Positions 43,901-55,900 of a stretch of DNA of 64,000 bases are shown piece by piece. How positions within the stretch are numbered: the stretch's first letter is position 1; the number at the start of each line of letters is the position of its first letter. Source of the stretch: an uncultured Planctomycetaceae bacterium (GTDB lineage: Bacteria > Planctomycetota > Planctomycetia > Pirellulales > PALSA-1355); the NCBI GenBank assembly GCA_963785305.1, contig CAWAUV010000002.1:238705-302704 (forward strand), read 5' to 3'. Under the pieces are notes generated by a model. It ran no database searches, was not told where the DNA came from, and saw only the letters and a program-made list of their open reading frames with translations. The position numbers and the translations under genes are program-made.

Positions 43901-46900
43901 CGTCAAGGTCAAGAGCCCGCCCGATGCGCTCCAAGGATTGTTGGCTTCGAGGCCCGAGCTCACTCCGGCGGCGGTCGTGAGCAGTGTGAGCGTGCCGGGG
44001 TTCGTGTTCGCCGAAATCACGCCGGCCGCGGAAGTCGAGAGGCCGACATTGGTTGTATTCGCGGCCACGCCCGTGAGGCTATTGAAAAGCTCGGTCGAAG
44101 GATTGAGCGGGCGAAGCTGTCCGGTGGTGGAATCCTTGGTGGCGAATCCCGTCACGCCGCTGGCCGTGTCGGTCATGACGATATCTTCGCGCACCGGCAT
44201 GATCGTGGTCCCATTGGTTCCGAGCCCGCCGCGCATCGTGATAGTCGTGGGCACGACCGTGGCGTCGCCGGCCAAGGGCGCCGACGTGGCGTTGGACACC
44301 GAGAGGCCAGCGCCTTGGATATAAAGCGTTCCGTCTTGTCCCTGATTCGGAACCGAATTCAAACTGGCATAGACGCCCGCGGCGCCGGGGGAATTCAGAG
44401 AGAGCGTGCCGCCGCCATCGAGCGAGTTGATCGTGCCCAAGGCTTCGCTCACGCCGGTCGTGGCGTTGCCGTTGATTGCGAGCGTGCCGCCGTAGAAGTT
44501 GATTCCGCGAACCGTGGTGGTGTTGCCCACCGTGGCCGAGATCAATTGATCGACGCCGCCCAGGCGGTTATTCAGCGCGCTGGATGAATTGTCGAGTGTC
44601 AGCGTGCCGCCGGTGGCGAGGGTATAGGTCGAGAAACCGAGTTGGCCGCTCGCGCCCGACACGGTGACGCCGCCGCCATTGATGGCGAGCGCGCCGAGGT
44701 TCGGATTCGTGCTGCCGGTTCCCAGATTGCCGCCGGTGAGCGTGAGCGAGCCGCCATCGTTGGTGATGTTCAGCACGCCAGCCGCGGTCGAGTTGGTAAT
44801 CGCTCCGCTAAAAGTGGAGCTCACGCCGCCGGCGCCCAGGCCCACGCTGCCGGCGCCGACGATCAATGTGCCATTGGTGCTGCCCGTGCTTAAGGTGTTG
44901 GTCACCGTGCCCGAGCCGCTGAGGGCGCCGATGGCGCCGGTGTAGCCGCGGAGGTCGAGCGTGGCGCCAGCGGCCAAGTTCACTTGGGAATTCACGATCG
45001 AGCCAAAGGTGGCCGCCACGCCGCTCGTGGCCGTGGGACCGAACACCAGGGTCGTGCTCGAGGTCACATTAGTCCCATTCGCGTAGAGGCTCTGACCGTT
45101 GAACGAGATCACGCCGCCGCCGGTGAGGGTGAGCGGGGTAGTGACCGGAGCGGAAAGGCTCAGGGCAGCCGCGATATTCAGGTCCACATTCAGCGGCGAG
45201 ATCGCATTGGCGGCCGCGGAGATCGTCGGCGTGGCGCTGGTCATTTTCACGAAGCTATCGACGCTGGGAACCAACCAAGCGTCGGTCGACATGGCGTTGG
45301 TGATGCCGCCGGTGATCGTGAGCAGGCCCGAGCCGGTTTCGACCGTGGCGCCGAGCGCGTTGAGGTCGCCGCTGATGTTGTTCAGCACCAAATTGGCGAT
45401 CGTGTTGTTGAAGCCATTGAGGTTCAAGAGCGCGCCGCCGTTGAGCGTGACCGTGGCGGTCGGAGCTATTTGGCTACTCTGCTGGAAGGTGGTGGTGTCG
45501 TTTAGCGAATCGCCAGAGGACACGCCGCCGGTGATCACCACATTGCCCGGGATTGCCACGCCCAAGCCGCTATTGAGCGTGACATTGAGGCCATTCAAAT
45601 AAGTCGTGCCCAGATAGGTGTTGTTCGAGGTAAGGGCGAGCGTGGCGCCGGTATTGAGCGAATCGGCCACGACATTCAAGCCGCCGGCCACGCCATTGTC
45701 GATGATCGAGGAATTGACCGTGAGCGTGTTGGCGCCAACGTGGAAGTACAACTGATTCTGACTCGCGCCGGCCGTGATCTGGCCCGAGCCGGCGATGGCG
45801 CCGATCGCCTTGGCGTTGTTATCCGCGCCGGTGAGAATGCCGCCGGTGGTCACGGTAAGCGTGTCACCGTGGTTGGTGAAGCTCACGGTCGCCGCGGCAT
45901 TGATAATCGACAGCGTGTTGAGCGTGACACCGCCCGAGGGCAAGGTCACATTGCCGGCCACGCGCACATTGTTGCCGGTGGCGATCGCGGTGGTGAGATC
46001 GGCGTTCAAGTTCGTCAGACCATTCGTCGTTTCGACCGCGAAACCGGGCTCGAAGGTTTGGCCAACGTAGGGGTCGATCTGATTGACCACGGCCCAGGCG
46101 CCGAGAATGCCGTTGGTGTTGGCGGGCGATCCGGCCAAGGTCACATTGGTCGCGTCGCCAATGCCATTGGCGCCGGTGAAGTACACGGTGGCGCCGACGC
46201 TAGGCGTGAGCGCGGCGCCCGAACCCGTGCCTATCGTCAGCGAGGCGCCGCCGTTGGTCGGAGTGAGCGTGAACATGTTCGAGCCGGCCGCGAGCGTCAC
46301 ATTGCCGATCGCGACGGAGTCTTGGGTGTTTCCCCGGCCATCGAGCACGAAAGAGCCGGTGTTCATGGTGATGGGCGTGGCTGCGGGAATGCGCTGGGCC
46401 ACGGCCTGCGTGCCGGTATCGTTCCAAGTGAGCACGCCGCCATTGAGGTTGATGGCGCTCGTGCCGGTCAGGGCGCCGAGGTCTTGCAGCATGGTGTTGC
46501 CGCCCTGGATCGTGGTCGTGCCGGTGTAGGCGCTGACCGATTCCAAGGTCAATGTGTACCCGGAACTGCGCACCACATTCAAATTCCCGGTGATTTCGCC
46601 GGCGAACGTTTGGCTGCCCGTGAGCGTGGTCGACAGGGTGGAGGTCGTCGCGCTGGTGTTTGTCACCACGCCGCCTGTGTTGGGCAGCGTGCCGGCGCTA
46701 CTGAGGTTGGCGAGCGATTGGTTCGTGCCATTCAAGTCGAGCGTGCCGCCCAGGTTGACTTGCATTACTTGAGCGCTCGACGAGGTATAGCCAGCGGTGC
46801 TGCCGGTGGAGTTGGCGAAGCTGGGCGTCGTGAAGAGCGTTTGATTGCCGGCGGCGAGTTGGAGCGTGCCGCCGTTGACATAGGTATTGCCGATATATTG

Positions 46901-49900
46901 CTGCTGGGCGCCAAAAATGAGCGTGCCGTTGTCGGCCTTGATGAGCCCGCCGGTCGTGGTGTTTCCGTCTTGGATGGGCGATGCGATTTCAAGCACGGCC
47001 GAATTGGGCGTATGCACAATAATCGGCGCGGATACGTTGCTATTCACAAATGTGGTGATTAGACCGCCCGAGATTGTGGTCGGGCTGCCGATCGTTCCGC
47101 TCACATCGAGAATGCCTCCGCTGATGAGCGGGAGCACGCTGCCCGACGCGATCGTCACATTGCCGCCGTTCATCGTCAGGCTGTTGATGTAGGTGTATGA
47201 ATTCGCGCCGAGCGTCTGATTACTTGTGAGGTCGACGTTGGCATTGACGGTCGTCAGCAAATTCGTCACGCCATCGCCACCGGCGAAATTCAGCGCCTGG
47301 AAGCCGTTTGTCGTGCTGTAAGCGGCGAAGCTGTAGCCGTAGTTCGATGCGCTCGTCGAATTCAGCGAGGTGTTGTCGACCAAGGCCCAGGCGAGAATAC
47401 CGCGATTGGTGGCGCCGGCGGCCCCGTTTTGATTGCCACTGTAGCCGATTGTGGCCGTGCCTTGGCCGAAGCCGGCGACGCCCGGATTACTGACTCCGCC
47501 CAAACCACTCATCGCCACCGTGCCGATGCCCGGTCCCTCGAACACCGATGTGGCGCCATTCGTGTAAGCGAGCGCGGTGTTCGACGAAACATTCAGCAGC
47601 AGCGAACCGAGCACGCTGGGCGTGAGGTTGATCACCGAGCCCGAGTTTGTGAAGGCAAGTGTCTTGGCGCCAATCAATTCGCTCGTGCCGGAAGCATTGC
47701 CGATGATATTGAGCGTGCCGTCGATTGTTTCATTGGCGGTGATTGCCACGCCGCCGTAGCGGTTGTTCACGTTCGTCGTCGAATTGTCGAAGGTGAGCGT
47801 GGCGCCGGTTTGCAGATTGATCGGGCTGCCGCCGGTGAAGGCGCCGCCGGCGTTGAGATCGGTGGTTCCGGCATAGAGGTTCGTGCCGCCGGTGGTGTAG
47901 GTGACATTGCCTTGCAGATACAGGGTGTCGAAGCCGACCTTATTGATGCCCACGCCGGTTCCCGTGCCCACCGAGCCGGTGAGGGTAATGCTTCCGCCCG
48001 GCGCGAGCGGATTGTAGCTCGAGCTTCCGATTCCGACGCCGCCGGAGAGCGTTAGATTACCGGCGTAACTGGCCGCGGTGTTGCTGCTGTTGACCAGCGC
48101 GCCGAGCGTGTTGGGCGCGGCGAGACCGGTCGTGCCGGAGCCGGTGAGCGTGGTCGTCGCGGGGATTCGCGGAACGGCGTTGCCATCGAGATCGAGCGTG
48201 GCGCCACTTGCCACCGTCACGTTGCTAGTGGTGCTACTACCCAGGGCGCCGGGGCTGGCGGTTTGAAGAATGCCGCCCGACACGGTGAGATTGCCGGTAA
48301 AGGTGTTCGTTCCGCTCAGGGTGAGGGTATCCGACGCCACCTTGCTCCAGGCTTGGCCTGTCGAGGTGGCCAAGTCTTGCACCGTGCCGCCGAGCGTCAT
48401 GTTTCCATAGCCGCCGATCGCCACCGCGGCGCCATTGACCGGCACTCCGATCGAGACATTTCCCGAGAACATGGCCGGAATCGCGCTGCTGTTGGTGAGC
48501 ACGGTCGGGGCGGCGGTCGAGGCGCCATAGTTGGGCCCCGAAAGCGCGTTCGTGCCATTGGGGCCGGCGCCATTGAGAATCAGATTGCCGGACACGTTGG
48601 GCATGCCGTTGAGGTCGAGCGTGGCGCCCGATTGATAGGTCAGGCTTGTGGCGCCGCTACCCGTGGCGACGGCCGACAAGACGAATTGCGTGCCATTCGT
48701 GATGCTTGCGATATAGGAATTGGCCGCAATGTTGGTTCCGCTCACGACTTCGCCGGGAAAGAGGCCGGTCGTGCTGGCGACGGTCACGGTCGTCGTGGCG
48801 TTTGTCGAAGCGCTATTGCCGGCGCTCACGAGGCCGATGTTCGTGGTTCCGCTGGCGAGCGCGGTGCTTGGGCTGCCGACCGTGGCCGTCGAGTCGGAGA
48901 TTTGGGTCGTGCCTTGATACAGATTCAAGGCGCCGGTGAAGTTCGAGCCCGAGGGGCCGAGAATGAGCGTGCCCACGCCGGTTTTGGTGAGGCCCGCGCC
49001 GGCATCGCTCACGCCGCCGATCAGGTTCAAAATGCCGGCGGTGTTGACCGTGGCGCCGGCGCCGCCGACCGTGAGGCCGCCGACCGAGCCGATGAAGCCA
49101 AGACCCTGGGTATTGTTCACATTGAGCGTCGAGCCGGCGCCGAGCGACATGCCGTTGTAGACGATGTTGTACATCGAGCCTTGGCCATCGACGGTGGCCG
49201 TGGAATTGGCGCCGATGGCGATGCTGTTGTTGATTTGGGCGGCGTTCAAGTAGCCATTGGCCGCGGTCGCGGCGCCAGCGACGCCACCACCGGTGTTATA
49301 CGAAAGCTGCGAGAGCGGTAGTGTCTGCCAGCCGGTCGAGTTGCCAAGCTGCTGGGTGTCGGGCCCTGTGTAATCGGCGACGATGCCCGAACCGCCGGTG
49401 CCATTTTGATGCAGCACCACGATGTCATGCACTCCGGCCGAAAGAAAGACCGAGCCGACGATGTTCCCGGTGTTGAAGCCTCCCGCCCCGCCCACGGTAT
49501 CGGCATGGGTGACAAGTTGGCCATCGATCGAGATTGCGCCTTCGTCGTCGGAGTTGAGGCCAAAGTAATAGGTTCCGGCGTGGGTAATCGTGAGCAAGGC
49601 GTTATAGCTTTCGGTGTCTTGCGCCTGTTGCGCGCCAGAGCCGAACACACCGGTGGGGTGGTTCGTGATCGTGGGATCACTCATTGGCATGCCACCGATC
49701 ACCGCCGCGGGGCCCACGGCTACCGTGCCCGGATAGGGTAGCGAAGGCGAGGCGGTCGTCCACTGGTTGAAATGCACGGTGGCGCCGCCGGCGGTATAGC
49801 CCGTGGTGCTCAAGAGGTTCGCCTGGATGTTCATTCCCAGCGTGGCGCCATTGTTCAATGTGACGGTCGATGCGGCCGTGTAGCCGGCGAGCGTTTGCGT

Positions 49901-52900
49901 GCTGTTGGCCTGGGCCGCGAATTGATTCGCTCCCGAGAGCGCGGACGGCGCGGTGAGATTGTCGATGAGCGTGCCCGGACCGACGTTGACCGGAGCGTTA
50001 CCGGAAGTGAACGTGCCGCCAAGCGTCACGGTGAGCCCGGCGCCGACATAGATATTGGCGGGCGTGGTGTCGAGGGTGAGATTCGTCGAGCCAAAGTTGA
50101 GCTTGTAACCATTGCCGCCGGTGACATCGAGCACCGTCGAGGGCGCCGCGCCGCCGGTGGGTCCGGAATAATTGAGGCTGGGGAAGGTAAACACATTGTT
50201 CGTGCCCGAGCCATTGTTATTGACATCGATCGTGGCGTTGCTCAGCGCCGAATTCACGACGACGCCGTTGATATAGCTGGCGCTGGTGTTCTCATGCAAC
50301 TCAAGCGTGCCACCGTTGAGGGTGACGCTGCCGGAGCCGAAGGGAGTCGCGCTTGCCGCGGGGTTGCCGGTATTGGTGAGCAGGGCGCCCGAATTAATCG
50401 ACACGCCGCCGGCGAACGTGCTCGCGGACCCGTTGAGCGCGAGCACTCCCGGGCCGGCCACGTCGACCACCGAGGCCGAACCGCTGAGATTGCCGCTCAA
50501 TGTGGCCAACATGGCGGGCGATTGGGCGCTGATGATCGTGGTGGCCGAAGGCGTGAGCGTGACATTGCCGGCCATCGTCAGGCTATTCGCGCCGTCGAAA
50601 CTGAAGTTACCTTGCGAGATGATGTTGTTGTAGTTGGTCCAATAGTAAGGTGAGTTGGGGTTGGCGGTCGCCGTCAGCTGTGTGTTGGCGCCAAGCGTCA
50701 GCGGGCCGGTTCCCAGCGGGCCATTCACGATATTCGAGCCGACGAGCGTGCTGCCGGCCCCGATCACGAGGCCGCCCGACGTAAGGTCGACGCCGCCGGA
50801 AAACGAACTTGCGCCGCTTAGTTGGAGGTTGCCGCCGCCGGATACTTTGACCGCGCTGCTTTCATCTTGAATCGCGGCGGCAATGCTGAGCGTTGCCTGG
50901 AGGGGCGCGAAAGAAGTCGCGTTGTACGAAATAGGATTGATCGTGAAAGTGGGCGACGCGACATTGTTCAAATCGATCGTGCCGGCGGAGATCACGGAGG
51001 TCGTGCCCGCGTTGCTCGACGAGGCGGTGATGCTGCCCGAACTAATGGTCAGCACTCCGCCGGTGGTGCTGATGTTGGGATTCGAAGAGCCGCCATTGTT
51101 GTTGAATGTGAGCGAAGTAATCGTGTTTGCCCCGGCGAGCGTGAGGGTGCTGGGGCCATTGATCGCAATCGATTGAGCCGCTGAGCCGAGCGAACCGCCG
51201 GCGGTTTGGGCGAGCGCGCCGCCGTTGAGCGTGATGCCGCCGACGCCCAAGACGCCCGTCGCGCCGACGGTCAGCGTTTCACCGTTGACCAAGGTGCCGC
51301 CGGTGTAGGTGTTCGCGCCGAGCAGCGTGATGTTCCCGGCGCCGAAGTCTCCGCCGTAGGCGACTAGGCGAACCGGCGTGGAGCCGTTGTTGACGACCGC
51401 CGAATAGTCATTGAGCACATTGGCCCCGGTCGTATTGTAGTAGTAGAGATAAAGATCATTTCCGCCGCTACCGTTCGAGAAGCCCGAGGTGACCTGCCCC
51501 GGCACGGCCGCGGAACCGAGCGTGGCGGTTCCGCCAACGACGCTTTGCACGACGAGACCGCCGCTGGCGACCGTGAGCGTGTCGGTGGGATTCGTGAAAG
51601 TCAGGGCGATATTGGTCGAGGCCGTGGTGTTCGCCACATTGAGCGAATTGATCGAAACGCCGCCCGCGGGCAGGGTCTGACTCGTCGTGAGCCGCAGGTT
51701 TTGCGAAGCGGCGAATGTCGCGGGCAACACGCCGGTCGTTCCGTTGTCGTAGCCAGCGAAACCCGTGGTGTTGAGCGCGCCGACGCCCAACACGGGAATG
51801 TAGCCGGCGAATTCGACCGTGTTCGTGTTGAAGTAGCCGCTCGAGGCGATCGCCCAGCCGCCGATGATGTTGTTCGAGAGCGTCGGGGCGGTGGTGAACA
51901 GAATGTTCTCCGAATGGCCGACGCCATCCGAAATGAGGCCCAATTGGCCGGCGCTATTATTTTGATAGTTCTGGGCAAATTCCACCGTGGCGCCAGTCGA
52001 CGCGGTGCGCGAAAGGCTGGCGAAGGTGAGCGTGGCGGAATCGGTCGGATTGCCGATGTTGCTTTGATCGGCCGAGCTGATGATCGAATTGCCGGAGGCC
52101 AGCGTGACGCCAGCCAAGGTTTCGTTCGAGGGCGAGGTGGCGCGGCCCAGGAAATCGAATGAGCCGCCGTTGAGCGTGATCGGGGCCGTGGCGTTGATGC
52201 GGCTTGAGCTATCCGTAAGCGTGCCCGAAGTGTTATTGAGCGTGAGCGAGGAATAGTTGATCGTCACGCTCGAGGTGCCCGAGAGGGCGCCGTTGTCGGC
52301 GAGCACCGTGCCGGAAAGGGTTCCACCCGAGAAGGTCCCGCCGCCTTCGATGAGCGTGGGCCCCGTATAGCCATTATTGCCCATCATGTAGAAGGTGGCG
52401 CTCCCGCCGTCGGAGCGGACGAAGGTAATGGCATTGCCGGGTGTATTGGTAATGTTGCCCGAGAAGAAGGTGGCGCCGGTATTGGCGACGAACGTCGCGG
52501 GTCCGGTCGTGGAAGTGATCGTTCCGCCCGGCGTGGTCGTCGTGAGCGGCGTGTTCAGTCCATAGTAAGTCGCCGTGATCGAGTTGTTGGTCATTTCATT
52601 GGAAAGATTGCCGACGTATTGCGCGCCGCCGTTAAGGTCGAGCGTGCCGCCGTAATTCACGACGAGCGCGTTGTTTTGAAGGAGCGTGTTGGTTCCCGAC
52701 GCGGCCAATTGCAGCGTGCCGGTGTTGATCGTGGTCGTGCCCGTGTAGTACGTCGGATTGGCCAGCGTCAAGCCGCCAACGCCGGCCTTGGTGAGACCCG
52801 CCGTGCCGGTGATGGCGCTATTGATCGTGGCCGAGGAACCAGCGACGGTGTAAACGCCTTCGACGGCGCCCTGGGCGAGAATCGGCACATTGATCGCGCT

Positions 52901-55900
52901 GCCGGCGCCGTTGAAGATCACGCCGCCCGAGGAGAGCGTCAAGCTGCCGACACTCGAGAGACTTGAGATCGGCGCGGCGTTGAGATTCAGCGAATTCAAA
53001 GTGGTGGCGATCGAATTTTGAATCGCCGAGGTCGTCACGAAGCCCGAGCCGATCTGCACATTGTCGGCGGCGGCGGCGGTGTTGATGTTGTTATAGGCGC
53101 CGCTGTTGTTATAGGCCGCGAAGGCTTGCACGCCGTTGGTGTTGGCAACCGAGCCGGTCGTGTTGTAGGTGGCGAAATCGGCGAAGCCGGTCGCGCCGGT
53201 CACCACATCGCGGCCGCCGATGATGTTATTGACGAGCGTGGGCGCGGTCGTCGAGAAGAGAATTTGATTGTTCGCCGTTCCCAGCGTGCCCGAGAAATTG
53301 AGCGAGCTTCCGGCGCTTTGAGTGAGACTGGCGAATTTGAGCGTGTTTACCCCGAGGCTGGTGTCGTTGAGATTGATCGTGGCGCCCCCGACATTCACGG
53401 TCAAGGCGCCTTCGGTCTCGCTCGATCCGGCGGAGTTCACGATGTAGTTATATGTGCCGCCATTGATCGTGATCGCGGGCGAACTCCCCAGCCGGTTCGC
53501 GGTGGGCCCCGCGCTATCGTCGATCTTCAGCGTGGCGCTGGGGTCGATGATGATTCCCTTGGCTCCATTCGCCCAGGTCACGCCCGATCCGCTGACATCG
53601 ACCGTGCCGGCGTAAATCGTCGAGGCGACATTAGTGATCGCGGTGGGTTGATTGACGGTGATGTTGAGCGTTCCAGGGCCAGCCTTTTCCTCGCTATAGG
53701 GAGAGGCGACCGCGACGTTCAGATTGATGGTCGCGCCAGCGCCGGTGGTAAATTCGGTGAAATGCGCGGCGGTTAGGCTCGAATTGGACAAGTTGAGCGT
53801 GCTGCCCGCGTCGGCGCCGATGCTCGAGTCATTCGCAATTGTAAGCGTGCCGGTTAATGTATTCGTGCCCGAAACGTTCTCGATGTTACCGGCGCTATTG
53901 ATGCCCCCATCCATATTCGATCCGCTTCCCGCGGAGCCGATGCTGAATGTGTTTGCCACGGTGATCCCGCCGCTTAATTGCAGCGCTGCTTGCGGGGCCG
54001 CCGATCCCGCGGTGATCGTGCCGGTCCCGGCGGCGGTGTTGCTAGTCAGTTCCACGGCGCCGGCGCTGATCGTGATTCCTCCGGTCCAGGTCGTCGAGGG
54101 CGTGAGGCCGCCGATCGCCGTGGCCACATTGTTGAAATTGGCGCCGAGCACCAAGGTTCCGCTGTCCGTCTTGTAGAGCGCGTCGGCGGCCGTGAGCACG
54201 GCCAAGCCGGAAGTAAGCGTCATCGTGGTGTTGGGCGCCACCTCGAAATCGTTGGACGTCGCGCCCAAGAAGAAGTTGCGACCGGTGGAAAAGGCCAAGG
54301 GCGCGGCGGTCGTGCCACCGATGGCGCGGAAACCCACATTCGGTCCAGCGCTATTGTTCGTGTTTTCGAGCACATTATTCGCGTTGCCGAGGCTATCGAT
54401 CGCGCCCGAGCCGGTGAAGCCGAGTTGGCCGCCCGACACGAGAATCACTTGATTGACACCGCCGGTCGACGAGCCGAACGTGTTGCCGGTGTTGGTCAGC
54501 GCCACGTTGCCGCCGGAGATCGTCAAAATGTTGGCGCCGTTGGTCGAGGGCGCGCTGATGCCGCTGGACACCACGCCGCCGATCGTCAGTCCGGGAGTCT
54601 GATCGGAATAGGTGACGTTGGCGACCTTGAATGTCGGCGCGGTTCCATTCAGCGACGCGCCGCCGGAGAAATTCAGACCGTAGCCGTTGTTGTTCGTCAC
54701 CGTGAGCGTGTAGGCGCCCAGGGTGAGCGAGTTGCTTTCGTTGATCGTCTTATTCGCCGCGGTCGTGAACAAATACGAGCCAACCGGCATGCCGGCGCCG
54801 ACATGCCCCACGGTTATGCTCGAACTCGCCGAGATATTGAAAGTGTCGGTGAACGTGCCGGCCACATTGGGCGCGCCAGTGCCATCGCCGTCGGAAAGCG
54901 CGCCGAAATTGCCGCCGCTGAGATTGGCGAACACGCCGGTTGCGGCGTAGGGCCGGGCAGTGGCGCCGAATTCGATCCCTTGGTCGGCACTGTTGAGAGT
55001 GAACGCTAAACCACTCGTGCTGCCTTGGGTGGTTGTCCAACTCCCATTGTTGCCGCCGAGGATCACGTTGCCCAAGCTGGTTGGAGCGGAGCCCAGCGAC
55101 AAATTCGCGGCGCCCGTAATATTGCCAGCGACCGTGAAGGTCTCTCCCTGGGTCGTCGTTTGAAATGCCCGGGGAGCCAGCGTGAACGTGGCGCCGGCGC
55201 CCGGCACACTTAAGGGTCCGGTGAAAATCGCTAGGTTGGCGTTGGCGCTGATGACGCCCGTGCCCGTGATCACGAGCGGATTGGTGATGTAACCGGCCGC
55301 CGTGCCACCGACGAGCTCGCCATTGGCGGCGCCGAGCGTGATGGTTTCCGAGGCGACGGTCGCGCTCGCTGCGGACGAAATCTGAAAGCTCGTCGAATTT
55401 AAGATACTGGTGATATACGAACCCGCGGGAATATTCGATCCGGTGACGGACTCGCCGACCAGCAGCGCGCTGGTGCTGGGCACGCTCACCAAGGTGCTGC
55501 CACTGGTGATTCCCGCCGTGGGCGTGGTTTGGGCGACGCCCGTGATCGTGATGGTCCCGGTCGAGCCCGCGGTCCCAAGCGACGATGGATTTTGGACCTC
55601 GATATAACCGCCACTGAGGTTGACATTTCCGCTGAAGCCGGTGTTCGCGCTCGTCAATTGCATGTCGGCGCCTCCCGCCTTGGTCAGCAAGCCGCTTCCG
55701 ACGAGCTCGCCCGCGGAACCGATGAAAAGCTTGCCCGTGACGCCGACGCCGCTCGTGATGAGGGCGCCACCGCCGGCGCCAAATGTGAATGTTTGGCCGG
55801 CGACGGTGGTAAGCTGCGTGGTTCCGGCCGAGAAACTGAGCGTGCCTCCATTGAGTGTCACATTGCCAGTACCGCTCACGCCGCCGCCGAGCGGAGCGAG

